Part shown: piece by piece, positions 11,288 through 25,863 of the stretch | Layout of the letters: every line of letters begins with the position of its first letter | How positions within the stretch are numbered: the stretch's first letter is position 1 | NCBI GenBank assembly: GCA_031835245.2 | Contig: JAVKOQ020000017.1 | Coordinates: forward strand, 62,001-126,000 | Direction of reading: 5' to 3' | Source: Balamuthia mandrillaris | Taxonomy: Eukaryota | DNA length: 64,000 nt | Notes under the pieces: generated by a model | Database searches by the model: none | The model's input: the letters and a program-made list of their open reading frames with translations, nothing else | What the model was told of the DNA's origin: nothing | Program-made: the position numbers and the translations under genes

Positions 11288-11686
11288 CTCTCAACAATTA
11301 CAATGTGTTCCCTCCAAGAAGAACCTTATCTTATTCTACAACTCCTTTTTTTTTCTTTCCGCTGAGGTTCTCTCTCTCTCTCTCTCTCTCTCAAAGGATC
11401 TAAGTTAGTCCCCGTTCTCTTTATTGTTCTTTCTTTGAGGAAACGGTCTATTTTTTCTTTGAAAGCAGCGAAGACAAAGCACGGGTTTTCACACTAAATT
11501 TTTTTGTTGGAAAGGAGTTGGAAGGAAAGGACGCCTTTCTCTATAAAAGGTGACAAGAACTGTTTCAGTTTTCTCCTTAGGGAGAGTTTCCCAGCAGAGC
11601 GATAAAGAGCAGGCAGATCTGTCTTTTATGATAATACATCCTATAGTGGAAAGACTTTTCTTATAACGTCGATTATTTTTTTTTTG

Positions 11687-13001
11687 TCAATGGCATGTAC
11701 AATCTTTCGACTTGGCGTTCTTCTTTTCATCTGCTTTCTCTTTGTTCTCTTCTGGGGGCAGACGGATATTCTTAAGCTCTTCCTCGAGTTGAGATTCATA
11801 GTGTTTCAGTTGGGCTATCGTGGATACCACCTGTCTCTTTCGCTGCTTCCATTCCTCCTCCGTGCATCCCATTCTCCAGTTGGGCAGGGAGCGAACACAC
11901 TCGATGCTGCACATGTGGCAAAGCAGAGGCACTAGGTCGGTGCCCATCACATCCACCGTCCAGCACATAAACGGTTCGCCAAAGTAAAGCTTTGTGCACT
12001 TGGAGCAGCGGTCACAGGAGGACAGTCGTTGCGCCAGTTCAGCTGGAAGTGCACCCTTTGGAACTGTTGCATTTGTCGACACTATGAAACTGCATTTTGT
12101 TCGCGTTAGTGTATGTCGTCTATGCATAAGAGAGAAAGGAGAAAGGATAGGAAAAGGAAAAAAAAAAAAAGAAACCTGGAACAGATATCTACTAAAGAAG
12201 GCACGCGAGAGGAAGACCTGTCGGTTGGGTGAGGAGGCAAGCGTGGCAAAGGCCAATTGTTCTTATAGTTGCCATAGATAGCTCTTGTGGAAACAGTGGT
12301 ATCCTTCCCAAAAAAAAACAACGAACACATTTATGCCGAAAGCCAAAAAGAAAAGAATGTAAAGATACAGTATAATAAGTACCTTCAATGGGCACCGAAG
12401 GGCTTCGTAGGGGAAGTAATGCAGCCTATAACTGGTGTATGGACAAAAGACGCGCAACTTCTTCAGGTTGCCAATGCAGCGAGGCACCTGGATCAACGTT
12501 TTGCAGCCGTACAGTATCAGCTCTTCCAATTGTGTGCACTCCCCTGTTTCTCTGATTGTAAGAACGGGAAGAAGAAGAAGAAGAAGAAGCAGAACAAGAA
12601 GAAGAAGAAGAACAAGAACAAGAACAAGAAGAAGAACAAGAGGAAGAAGAAGAACAAGAAGAGGAAAAGAGGAAGAGGAACGGGAACAGGAACAGAACGC
12701 GACCAGAAATGACGAATGAAGGAAAGAAACATACCTATTTCAGGCGGAACAGTAACGATTTGCATTCGGGCAAGAGAAAGCTGCTTCTCTTGCTGGGCGA
12801 TAGCGCTCAAGATCTTGGTTCTTGCTGCCTCATAGTCTTTATTGGCGTCGGAAGTCTACATATGATTCATTTTACATAAAATTAAGGAAAAATAGAATAA
12901 TCAGGATATCCACTTTTCAAGAGGAGTTAAACCATCCATCCAGGAGCTAGCGCGTGCAGAACCGGCCCATCTTTGGAGGTGCAAGAAGAACAAGGCCACA
13001 T
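11687..13001 (-). CDS. Leucine-rich-repeat protein with Cys-rich C-terminal segment; multi-exon, start uncertain
   Basis: LRR-like exons LSLARMQIVTVPPEIG and LEELILYGCKTLIQVPRCIGNLKKLRVF, then YRLHYFPYE, NYKNNWPLPRLP, and CDRCSKC...LLCHMCSIECV. Confidence 0.7.
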
Positions 13002-13105
13002 CTCTTTTTATTTTTGTTTTCATCTCGCGTTTGTTTTTTTGTCGACACACGCATTACTGTCGACGGAAATTTTGCGGACATTGTCGACGGAAAATAAGTC
13101 TCAAT

Positions 13106-13186
13106 AAAAAGAAAAGAAAAGAAAAGAAAAGAAAAGAAAAGAAAAGAAAAGAAAAGAAAAGAAAAGAAAAGAAAAGAAAAGAAAAG
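13106..13186 (+). repeat. (AAAAG)n microsatellite in the divergent LRR/TOR intergenic region
   Basis: Perfect gaaaa pentamer run. Confidence 0.95.
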
Positions 13187-13472
13187 TTTGGGGTCCTCTC
13201 TGCTTGCTTGGGCTTTGCCGGAAGCCAACCAACCCAGGGGGAAAAGAGAGGCGCGGATCCAACGAAACGGGGTACAACAACAAACAAGGTTTCTCACTCC
13301 ACCCTTTTATTTTGTTGCCCGTTCCACAACTAATTTTTTTTGTTATTATGAAATCTTTGGCAATACAAAAAAAAATGTGAAGTTACGCCGAAACTCAAAG
13401 ACCGGAGAAGAGGCCTTCCTTTGGAAGGGAGAAACACGCAAAGGCAAGACGCGGTGCCGCGAGTCGTGAGCA

Positions 13473-14098
13473 ATGTCCTCCTCGAAGAGCAACGTGATGG
13501 ACAAGGCCGTCAGCAAAGCGCTGAAGAAGCTGTTGGCGGAACTCAAGGATAAGTCTGTGTTGAACTCTTTCGTTGCTCTTCTCTTTCCTTCCCATTTCTT
13601 CTTTTTTTTTTGTCTTGTCTTCTTTATTTGTTTCGTTTGCTTTTTGCAGTGTTGTGTTGCTTGTATTTTCTTTTGCATGTGTGTTGGTTATGTAACTCAT
13701 TATTCCCTTCTTGCATTGTTGTACTGAAGAGATGTGGCGGTTCAAGAGCGGGCAGCCAAGAAGCTCAAAGCCTATGTTCGTTTCTTGTTCTTCTTGTTCT
13801 TCTTCTCCTTCTTCTCTCTCTATGTTTTCTGCTTTCTTCCATTCTCTGTCCTCTTCTTTTTCTCTTCGTTTTGTTTTTCCTTTTCTTCTCTGTTCCTTTT
13901 CCATAGCAGTAACCATGAACAAAACATCCGTAGACGGCAACGCAGAGCCGAGAGATGTCAAAAGAAGATTTCACTCGGTTCATGAACGAACTTATCAATG
14001 AACACATCTTTAACCTTGTAAATAGCAACAGCACTGTAGAAAAGATTGGTGGCATTATGGCCATTGGTACGTTTACTTTTTGATATTGCTGTGCTCTC

Positions 14099-14129
<31 letters not shown>

Positions 14130-14937
14130 CTCTCTCTCTCTTTCTTTCTCTCTCTCTCTCTCTCTCTCTCCCTCTTGTGCTGCGAAAACCTTTTGTTCGC
14201 TCCTAAAGGTGAGAGGTAAAGTGTGAAAAACAAGAGTTAACCTTTTTATTGTTTGTGTACAGATGAGTTGATAGACATAGAGTATGATGAAAACTCAAAG
14301 ACTGGTAATTCTCTCTCTCATTTTGTTTGGTCTGTTCTCAATTACTGACGCATGCCTTATCTCTTAACTCTCTTTCCAGCTCGTCTGGCCAGTTATCTAA
14401 ACAACGCACTGTCTTGTAATGATATCGATGTCATGAATAGAGCCGCCAAGTCGTTAGGTTTGTTTGCTCCTCTTTATCTCTCAAAGTTATTTGCTCACAT
14501 CCTTCTTCCTGTCCTTTGTTCATCTCCTGACAAAATAAAGGTCGGTTGGCCCAATCAAGCAGAGGCACACTGACAGCAGAGTTTGTAGAGGCTGAAGTCA
14601 AACGCGCTCTTCAAACGCTGAAAGATGACTCCCCCAAAAACTCGAGCAACCGACACTCTGCTGTGTTGGTGCTTCGCGAGCTGGCAGAGAATGCGCCGAC
14701 CCTCTTCTACGTTCATGTCGGTTCCTTCTTCGAGCTGGTGTGGTCCGTTTTGAGCGACTCAACAACTCAAGTAAGGTTGGATGCTGTTGCTGCTTTGCAT
14801 GCTGCTCTTGTGTTGATTGCGGAGAGGGCGGAGCGGCTTCGGCTACAATGGTATTGGAAGATATACAACGATGCTCAAAACGGATTCAAGAACGGCACTC
14901 CTACTCAGATTCATGGCTCTCTCATCACCATCGGTGC

Positions 14938-14979
<42 letters not shown>

Positions 14980-15843
14980 CTCGTATGCAATACTTATAAA
15001 CAAAAAAACAAACAAACAAAAAAATAACGCACATAAAGGAGAATTGTTGGATAATACAGGACAACAATTCATCAACACGAGATTTAAGGAAGTCTGTGAC
15101 ACCATTTTATCCTACAAAGACTACAAGAACGACAGAAATCTGGTAAAACGTACGGTGGTAATGTTGCTGCCTCGTCTCGCCAAGTTTAACCCACAAGAGT
15201 TCGTGCCGGCCTATTTGGAAACGTGTATGACTTATCTGCTAGGCAGTTTGAAGAAAGAGAAGGGAGAGGGAGATCGTGCAGCTGTCTTTCTTGCTATCGG
15301 CCAGATTGCACTGGTAACGTTTTTGTTTGTTGTTTGTTGTTGTTTGTTTCTTATAATTTTGTTTTTTACAAAACTAACACAAACATTAAAAGGCTGTTGG
15401 AAAGCACATAACGCCTTACTTGGACCAAATAATGGTGAATATAGTGGCTTCATTGGAGAAGCCTGGCAGTAGGCTCTACTGCATCGAGGCCCTGAGCTGC
15501 ATTTCCATGTTGGCCAAATCCGTTGGCCCGGATCTACAGCCGCACATGCATATTGTCTCCAACAAACATCAGACTGATATGACTGCCTTACTCGGTAAGT
15601 ATTCGTTCTTTTCTTTTATCTCTTACCTCATTTCGCATTTGTCATATCTCGTTCATCTCTTCTGCTTATTAACACTGTGTTATTCAAAGAACTTATGTTC
15701 GGAACGGGATTGAGTCCGATGCTGACGGAAGCTCTGACGGAGTTGGCAGGCCATATCCCTTCCATGTTATCCAACATCCAAGAAAAGCTTATGGACCATA
15801 TATCTCTTATATTGGCCGGCAAATCATTTTTGCACCCAGGTCA

Positions 15844-15878
<35 letters not shown>

Positions 15879-16392
15879 ACAGTAAACGCGTGTTGACAAA
15901 AGATAAATTTCTACATCGAAACAGACCAGAGAAGATTCTTTTTGAACGCAACTGGATCCAAAGAAGAAGGCATGAATGTATGTGTTGTCTCTCTTACAGA
16001 TGCAAACGATCTTTATAGGATTCTAACAACAATATAACAGCCATATCAAGAAAAGCCAAAAGCAGCGATCATTCAACTTGCTTTATATACATTGGGTTCT
16101 TTTAACCTTCAAGAAAAACTTCTCATTGACTTTGTAAGGGAAACAGTGGTTGGCTTTCTTGATGACGATGACAGGTATGTGTTTACTTTTACGCATCCAT
16201 GTTGCTCTTCTTCTTACGCCCGTCTTGCAGTGGAATAAGAAAAGCAGCAGCAGAGACCTGTTGTTCTCTGCTAGTGCGTGCTCATAGAAGTTCTGCCGAA
16301 GCTCCCACACGAGGTCAACTTGCAGTAGTTACTGGGGAGGTGCTAGAAAAGCTTTTGATTGTCGGCATTGCTGATCCAGGTTCGTTCTCTCT

Positions 16393-16435
<43 letters not shown>

Positions 16436-19400
16436 GTATCTTATTTTGAGAATCTCTTATTCTTTATCGATTTGTATGAAAGACCCAAGCGTCCGCAAAA
16501 CCGTTCTATCTCGTTTGGAATCCACGTTTGACTATCACCTGGCCCAAGCGGAAAACCTCCGCTCCCTCTTTATCGCCTTGAACGATGAAGTCTTTGAGAT
16601 CCGAGAGCTGGCCATCACGACCATCGGCCGCCTCACCATTCGCAACCCCGCTCACGTTATGCCCTCCCTTCGCAAGACCCTTATCCAGCTCCTCACCGAG
16701 CTCGAGTTCAGCGGTGACAGCAGGAACAAGGAGGAAAGCGCTCGTCTTTTGGGCCACTTGATTCGCAGCTCGAGAAGACTCATAAAACCCTACGTGGAAC
16801 CCATTCTAAACGTGTTGCTGCCCAAACTTGAGGATCCTAATCCGAGAGTGGCCACCTGCGTTTTGGCCACGCTGGGAGAGCTGTCTATTGCCGGTGGGAA
16901 GGACATTCAGCCATACATTCATCAGTTGTTGCCACTCATTATTGGTACTCTGCAAGATAAGAGCTCCGTGGTCAAGAGAGAGGTTGCCCTTCGGACGTTA
17001 GGTATACCCTGTTATTCCGACGAATTTCTCGTTGTCTCATATTGCTATTCCTATGAATCTTATTCTCTTTCCTTCAAATAGGACAATTGGCACAAAGCAC
17101 AGGATACGTAATCGATCCATTTTTGGACTACCCAAACCTGATGGGCATTATTCTGCTTACATTGAAAACGGAGACGGTGCCCTCCCTGCGCAAAGAGATA
17201 GTAAACGTACTTGGCATCATGGGAGCGTTGGACCCTTACAAGCACAAAATGAACCAAATGAAACTGCGAAAGCAACATTTAGACAGTGGTAAAACAGAAG
17301 AAAGGTAAACACCTCTCTCTTCGCTCTTCTCTCTCTCCTCTCTCCTCTCTACTCTCTCTCTTGATGTCGTTTGTAACACCGAACTCAAACATAACCCGAA
17401 AACAATAGCACGATGGCAGCAACGGTGGATGCTTTGATGGGCGGCAATTCCGAGCTTTACTATCTAACGGTCTCTGTGGGTGCGCTCATGAAAGTTTTGA
17501 GCGATGCTTCATTGGAGAAGCATCACAAACAGGTGGTCAGCGCCTTGCGACTCATCTTTGAGGAAATGCGTTCGAAATGCGTTTCTCTGTTGCCACAAAT
17601 CATGCCCCCATTTCTTCAAGGTTTATTCTGCTTCCTCGCTGTGTATTTTAATTTGTTTATTCTTTTCTCATCGCTTCTTTATACTCAAAACAGCTGTCTC
17701 CAAAACGAAGGAAGATGGTTTTAGGGACTATCTCTTCGAGTCATTGAGCAACCTGGTGCACATCGTCAAACACCACATTCGTGACTATCTGGACGACATC
17801 TTTGTCCTGATCAAAGAATACTGGCATTCCTCTCTATTGCTCAACCGGATCATTACTCTGGTGGAGGAGATCTCCGTCGCCATGAGCGATGAGTTTAAAG
17901 TCTACCTACCGGAGCTCATTCCTCAGATGTTGAGCGTGCTGCACAAGGATCGTGATCCGGACCGGCAGCCAACCGAGAAAGTGCTACATGCGTTGGAAGT
18001 ATTTGGCACGAATCTGGATGATTACTTGCACCTCATCATTCCTGGTATGTTTCTTTGTAGTTTTCTTTTCTTGTTTGCATTGTGTTCTTAGCTAACCAAA
18101 GCAATACTTTTATTAAAAAAGCGGTTGTGAAACTATTCGAACAGGTGGACGTTTCTATGAAAGTAAGAGATTTGGCCATTCAAACGTTGGGGAGGCTTTG
18201 CAACAAGCTCAACTTTAGCGACTATGCCTCTCGCATCATTCATCCTTTGGCGCGAGCGTTGGATTATCCAGAGCTTCGCACGGAGGCCATGAAGACGCTT
18301 TGCATGTTGGTGCTGCAGCTTGGCTCCGACTATGCTATCTTCATCCCGATGGTCAACAAAGTGTTGGTCAAGAACAGAATGCAACATTCTGACTATGAAA
18401 CGCTCGTTAGCCGGTTATTAAAGAATCAACCTTTGCAAGACATAGAAGGAGAATACACCGGAGAAAGCCGCAGTGGTGGCGGCATGACCATCATCTCTCC
18501 TCTCAAACATCAAGGAGTGAGCGGAGGAAGCAGCGCTGGGGACTCCTCCAAAGAAGGCACTCATCAACCTTCGGAGCACGTCTCCTCCTCCCAAAACAAG
18601 AGCATTCGAGAGGCCGCTCTGGCCAAAGCCTGGGATACCAGCCACAGTTCCACGCGAGAGGACTGGCAGGAATGGATCCGTCGTTTCTCCGTGGAGCTCA
18701 TGAGAGAATCGCCCTCTCCTGCCATTCGCGCCTGCCTCAGCACCGCTCAGGTGTTCCACTCCCTGGCCAGCGAGCTCTTTAATGCCAGCTTCGTTTCCTG
18801 CTGGGACGAACTGCACGAGACCTACCAGTATCAACTGCTGCAAAGTCTCGAGGCCGCCCTCAGCGCGGAGGGCATCCCTCCTGAGATCCTTCAGGGACTC
18901 TTGAATCTGGCGGAGTTCATGGAGCACAACGACAAGACCTTTCGCATCAATCCCAAGAAGCTCGGTCTATTGGCCGAGAAATGTGCTGCTTTCGCTAAAG
19001 CATTGCATTACAAGGAAATAGAGTTTCAGAGCCAACCTGCCGACTGCTGCGAGGCCCTCATAAGCATCAACAACCATTTGGATCTGCCAGAGGCGGCGCG
19101 CGGCATGTTGCTCTATGCCGACAAAAACTTCAGCAACGAGGGGCTGCTGGAGCTGAAGGAGAGTTGGTATGAGAAGCTGCAAAAGTGGGAGACGGCAAAA
19201 AAGATGTACGAGAAGAAGCAAAAGAGCCAGCCGCTGAACATGGAGCTGACAATGGGTCGCATGCGGTGTTTGCATGCCTTGGCAGAGTGGGAAGACCTTA
19301 GCAAGCTCTCCAAGGGCATTTGGGTGCAGCAACCGTTGGAGATGTGCAAGAGCATTGCCCACTTGGCTGCAGCAGCTGCTTGGAACCTTGGCCAGTGGGA

Positions 19401-19897
19401 TGATATGCAAAAATACATTAGGTTTGTCTTCTTTAGTTGTGTGTATGTGTGTGCATGTGTGAAGCTTTCTCGTCTCTAACTTGATGCCTTCTCTCTCTCT
19501 CTTTATACTTTCGTGGTTACAGCGTGATGCCAGAGAACACAGTGGATGGAACCTTCTTCCGTGCCATCTTGAACCTGCATTTGGATCAGTACGAGGAGGC
19601 TCAGCGGTACATCGACTGCTGTCGCTCCCTCTTGGACACAGAGCTTCGAGCATTAGTGGGTGAAAGCTACAACAGGGCCTACAAGATCGTCGTGAAAGTG
19701 CAACAACTGACTGAAATGGAGGAGATCATAGACTACAAACAGAACGAAGACTTTCCGGAGCGGCGGCAGATCATTCGTGAAATATGGACCACTCGCTTGC
19801 ATGGTTGTCAGAGAAATGTGGAGATATGGCAAGACATTCTTGCCGTTCGAAAGATGGTCCTTTCTCCCATCGAAGATACGGATAATTGGTATTTATA

Positions 19898-19934
<37 letters not shown>

Positions 19935-20354
19935 TTCTCGCTCTCATGTTCTTTGTTTGTTTTTGTTTGTGTTTTATTAGGCTGAAGTTTGCAAGCATAT
20001 GTCGTAAGAGCGGACACATGGCGTGGTCCCGTAAAACACTGACGAACCTGTTAGGCCAAGACCCCGCGAAGACGGACGTCTTCTCCTCTGACCACCCCAA
20101 AGTGACGGTGGCCTACCTCAAACACATGTGGGATGCTGCTCCTGACGAGCCGGAACGCCAGAGCGAACGACTGGCCCAGAGACGGAAGGCTCTGGAGCAG
20201 TTGGGAGAGTTCACGCAGACCATACGAGATGACAAGAGATTGTTGGCTAGATGTTATCATACTTTGGGAGAATGGGAGAACGAGCTTAATGATGTTCTTA
20301 CAGAGGTAAGTCTGCGCTTCTCCTCCCTCCCTCCCTCCCTCCCTCCCTCCTCCC

Positions 20355-20396
<42 letters not shown>

Positions 20397-23061
20397 GTGT
20401 TTTTTGTGTTAAACAAACGACGTTTATTACAAAAATGAAATTAACAGCAAACAATACCACGGATCTTGAATGCATTCAAGCAAGCAACCATCTACGACAA
20501 CGAATGGTACAAGGCATGGCACTCATGGGCACTCAGCAACTTTGACGTCGTCTCTCACTACGACAAGTCCAACAGCAACAGCAGTGGCGCAAGCGGAAGC
20601 TCCTCACGTTCCTTCTCTTCCTCCGACAAACTATCTCGCCACTTAGTGCCTGCCATTCACGGCTTCTTCCATTCCATCGCTCTGGCTCGACCAGGAAAGA
20701 GTCTCCAAGACACCTTGCGTCTGTTGACCCTCTGGTTCAAGTACGGCCACAGCAAGCAAGTGGAGGATGCTCTGCTGGAGGGCTTTGCCACCGTCAGCAT
20801 TGACACATGGCTGCAAGTCGTTCCTCAGCTGATCGCTCGCATTCACAGCCCCGTTCCTTCGGTGGCTCGCCTCATTTGCGACCTGCTGACGAACGTCGGC
20901 AAAGAGCACCCTCAAGCGTTAGTCTATCCTCTGTCGGTGGCCTCCAAGTCCCAGTCGTTGGCTCGAGTGGAGGCGGCCAACAAGATCCTGAACCACATGA
21001 GGAAGCATGACAACAAGCTGGTAGAGGATGCGTTGTTGGTAAGCAGGGAGCTGATCAGAGTGGCTATCTTGTGGCCGGAAATGTGGCACGAGGGATTGGA
21101 GGAGGCCTCACGCCTTTACTTTTCCAGCCGAGACTTTGAAGGCATGATGAAAAAGTTGGAGCCGCTTCATAAAATGATGGAAAAGGTAAGAAAGAGTTCT
21201 TCGTTTCTCCACCTTTAATTTTTGTTGCTTACATTCTCTCTTTTTGTTTTTGTTCATTCTTTAAAAAGGGTCCACAAACGTTAAGAGAAAAGTCATTCCA
21301 ACAAGCATATGGACGAGACCTACAAGAGGCCTACGAGTGGTGCAAGAAGTATAGACGATCGCGACAGACAGCTGACCTGAACCAAGCGTGGGACCTCTAC
21401 TTCCAGGTCTTCAATCGCATAGACAAACAGGAGTTGCCTCACATGACTCAGCTGGAGCTGCAATATGTATCTCCGAAGTTGTTGGCCGCTCGTGACTTGG
21501 CCCTGGCTGTTCCAGGTCTGTTTTTTCGTTTTATTATTTTGTATTTTGTTTTCTAACTTTGTTGCTTGTTGTTTTAGGCACGTACGAAGCAAACACAGAC
21601 GAGGTAGTAAAGATCAGATGTTTTGCTCCTTTGTTGACAGTGATTAGCTCGAAGCAACGGCCGCGAAAGCAAACCATGGAAGGGGCTGATGGCAAAGAAT
21701 ACACATTCTTGCTAAAGGGTAACGTGTATTGTTTTTTAATTAACGAATACAAAGTTAATTGACTTTCAAAAAACAGGTCATGAGGACTTGCGACAAGATG
21801 AGAGAGTGATGCAGCTCTTTGGTTTGATCAACACTCTTCTTGCCAGCGATCGTGACACTGCAAACAGGTTCGCTTCTTTCTATTTTCTTTCTTTTCACTG
21901 CAATTGAAAAAACTGACTCTCTCTCTCTCAACAGACATTTAAGCATCCAACGTTACGCCATTATCCCTCTTTCTCCGAACTCCGGCCTCATCGGTTGGGT
22001 GCCCAATCACGACACCTTGCATGATCTCATCAAGGAATATCGCAGCACCAAGAACATCCCTCTCATGAAGGAACACATCGCCTTCCTCTCCCTCACTCCC
22101 AAAGGCAATCCCGATTCATTGGCCAAGCTCACCGTAGCTCAAAAAGTAGAATGCTTTGAGAACGCTCTTGGAAGCGAGACCGATGGCAAAGACCTCGACA
22201 AGGTCCTGTGGCTAAAGAGCCCCAACAGCGAGGTATGGCTGGAACGAAGGACCAACTACACCCGTTCGTTAGCCGTCATGTCGATGGTCGGATATATCCT
22301 TGGCTTGGGCGACAGACATCCGAAGAACTTGATGTTAGACAGGTATACGGGGAAGATTACACACATCGACTTTGGAGATTGCTTTGAAGTGGCCATGCAG
22401 AGAGATAAGTATCCTGAGAAAGTGCCCTTCCGGTTGACGAGGATGTTGATCAAGGCTATGGAAGTCAGTGGCATAGAAGGCAACTTCCGTTTTACCTGCG
22501 AGAACGTGATGCGGGTGCTGCATGAGAACAAAGAGAGCGTGATGGCCGTATTGGAAGCGTTTGTTTACGATCCGCTCATCAATTGGAGGTTGCTGCAACC
22601 AAACGCTCCCTCTGATGCTCCCGAAGAAAGAAGGAAAATTAGCACCACTGATGAAGGTACCTCTCCCTCTCTGCATTCTCTCTTTTTGTTCGTTATTCTC
22701 ATTATTTTTCGTTGCAGCGGAGTTGATGAAGCCAGCAGGAACAACGCCGCCTCCCATCGAAATGTTTTCAGAGCGAGAGGGTGGAATGGAGACAACGCCT
22801 CCTCTAACTCCCTCGGCCAGCACATATCGTTCACTGAGCGTGCTGAGCGGGATGAATCCGGACGAGATGCAAGGCAACGAGATGGGACTCAACGAAAGGG
22901 CGTTGAACGTCATCGACAGGGTCTCTGCAAAGCTCCGCGGCAAGGACTTTTCTCCCAACGAGACCCTCGGCGTTAATGCTCAAGTACAAAGGTTGATAGA
23001 TCAAGCGACCTCTCACGAGAATCTTTCACAGCTTTACATCGGATGGCGGGCCTTTTGGTGA
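13473..23061 (+). CDS. TOR: Target of rapamycin PIKK kinase (HEAT-FAT-FRB-kinase-FATC); many exons
   Basis: [114 protein letters not shown], terminal FATC ...YIGWRAFW*. Confidence 0.98.
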
Positions 23062-23088
23062 TTGTGTTTGTATTTATTTCATTTTTGT

Positions 23089-25747
23089 TCAGATGGTTAC
23101 GTTGTATTCTTCAAAAGTCATAACATCGGTGGAGTGAAAGAATGAAGTCAATAACTGTTTGCCAGCTTGAGATCCTGCTCTTCGGCGAGCCCCACTCGGA
23201 GCTGCTCTTCCGTTCTCACCTCCATTTCCGCTTCCGCTTCCGTTCGCTGCAGCGGCGGCTCTGAATCTTGCTCTTCTGCTTCCCGCCACCCGTCTTGCTG
23301 ATGACTCACCACCACTTGCTATTTCCTTTTGCTTCTGCCTCAACATTTCCAACACTTTATCTACATCCTTCTTTGGTGTTTCTTGCTCTTGTTCTTTTGC
23401 TTCCTTCTTCTCTGCTTCCGTATTATTTAATTGCTCATTCTTTGGTTGCGTGAGTGGCTCTGCTTCTTCATCATCCTCTTCCTTTGCCACCAGAAGCTCT
23501 TTGACAATGGTATTGCTTGTGGAAGACGAGGAAGCCACCAACGAGCTGAGGAAGAACTGCCGCACGACCAACGAACAAGCGGTAGCTATGCCCTGCATCC
23601 CTCCACACAACATCCTCTCGGTTAACAAGTGTTGTCCCGTTCGCCACCAAAGATCGGCCTCGTCCTTCTTCTCCACCAGCCTTGCTCTCTGCTCCAACCA
23701 CGCCCTTCTCTCGGCTAGTTCAATCACTTGAATGAAGTGTTGCAAGCCTTGACGGAAGTGGGCTTGCTCTTGCTTCGTGTCTCGCAGCTGATGCCAGCTG
23801 CAAGCTCGCTGTAGTTGCATCTTTCTTTCGGGCGAAGGAGAAGCAACAGCAGAAGAGGGAGGTGCAGAAGAGACAGTCAAACTTTGTTCTTCGTGCTGTT
23901 TCTGCTGTTGAAAGGCGAGAGCGAAGATGGCGTCGGCAGTGGTGATGACCTGGCGCACGGAACTGTCCTCGCGCCCTCTCCACCAAGAAGAAAGTATGTC
24001 TTCGTCGGAGAAGAGAGAGATGAGACTTCTGGTGTAGTTCATCATCTGAGCCTCGTTGTTGGTCATGACTTGTTCCCACAGCGAAGAATCCTGTTCGACT
24101 TCTCTCAAAGTTTGTTCTCCCAACTGCATAAAGACGCGAGGAGGGGTCTCGTCCTTCAGGAAACTGTCCGAAGAAGAACAACTGATGGCCGTTGCCGAAG
24201 TGTACGTATCAACATAATGTTTCAAATCAGAGGCTATCTTCACCGACAGTTCTTTCAGTTGGGCTCTGCGCGAGCGGGTGGCCTCCGTTTGAGCGATGGT
24301 GTCTTCTTCTTGGAGGAACTTTTGGGCAAGAAGCACAAAGGAGGTGACCGCCTCGTCCACGAGCTTTATCTTTTCGCTCAAATCGTGCTGTAAGAGTGGA
24401 TACGGCACGTCACACCTTCGTATCGCCGCGGCATTCAACAGCTGTTTAAAATGTTAAATAACTCAAGAGACAGATAAAAAGGCCTCGTTGTGTTTGACTA
24501 ACCTTTTCACAGCTCAGTAATATTTGGTTGGGCAAAGAGTCTATTCTTCTCGATTGCTTTCGTTCAGACTTGTCATTGTTGGTATGGTTGATAAGATGCA
24601 GCATGCTAAGGATGTGTCGTGCCATCTGTTCGATGAGACCTTCCATCTCCACTGCTGCAGAAATGCGTTCGATGGCGATGAAGAGGTCGTATGTGGCAGT
24701 AACAAGAAAGAACGACGATGTGATCAATCTCCGTTGTGGCAGCTGTTTACCGACGTCTTGTTGGTTGCAATAGCCTTTGACTGCTTCTATCACTTCCTTC
24801 ACTTGATACTTCATCTGTTCAATGTTCAGAGTAAGAAAGAAAAAAAGAGAAGCAAAGGCAAAAAGAAAAATGAAGAGAGGTGATCTTAACCGTCAGAGCT
24901 AAAGAGATGAGAACATCGCGAGTGGAGGCAAAGACTTTCAAAGGGAGTTGCTGCTTCAGCTCCACCAGAATGGCCTTCACCTGGTTTACCATTTCCTTGA
25001 GCCTCAACCGAAGCTGTTGCATACCAACTTCTTCGTTGATGGACCAACAATAACGATGACTTCCCGTCTTCTTTGTTGTTGATGAAAAGAATTGATGTTG
25101 TCTATAATGAGAAGAAGAATCAGAAGAAGAAGCAGACGGAAGCAGAGGAGGTGGAAGGCAATCTAAAAAGTCGAACAAAGAGGACATTAGCGGACGAAGT
25201 GTCAGAGTGAAGGCAGGAGAAGAAGCGGTCCGTATCGAAGAGGTAGAATGTGATTTTTTGTTTGTTTTCTGCCATGCTGTTTCTTTTGCTTTCTCTGTTT
25301 CATTTGTGACGCTCTCCTGCTTCCTTTCGTTGCGAGTACGAAGTTTGGAGGATGCAGGTAATGGCGGTGGCTTTTGTTGTGCTTCTTTCGTTTTCTCTTC
25401 TTCTTCTTCCGGCCTATGACTGCCACTTCGACCGGCGGCCAACACCTCCAACAGAGGATTCTGGATGGTGATGGTGCTTCCTCGTCTTCTTCGTGTTGAT
25501 AACCTGCTTATGCTCCTCTTTTGCTTCTTTTGTTTCTTCTCCGTTTGTGAGGATGAAGTGGGTGGCGCCTTACTCTCAGTTGCGGTTGTGGCGTCGGTGG
25601 CAAGCCCCTTCAAGCCTTGTGCAGCCAATTCCAATTCGTCTGTCTGCAACAACAAACAAGTTTATTTCTACTGCTGGAGAAAGAAGAGCAGCGAGGACCC
25701 TTTACCATTACAATAACCGATGCGTTTCTTGCATGCTTGCCTTGCAT
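23089..25747 (-). CDS. Hypothetical, largely alpha-helical protein; multi-exon
   Basis: Long ORFs 23089-24438, 24446-24814 and 24819-25655 can be linked by GT-AG introns. Probable first exon MQGKHARNASVIVM. No motif recognised. Confidence 0.6.
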
Positions 25748-25863
25748 TGTGCCGTAACCAACTCCCGAGCCACTTCCTTCGGTGGCGCGCTCGTTGTTTC
25801 GCGTATTTCCTGTTCCTTCTAATCGTTAGCTGCTGAAATTAATTGCTATAGCGTAACGCTCTC

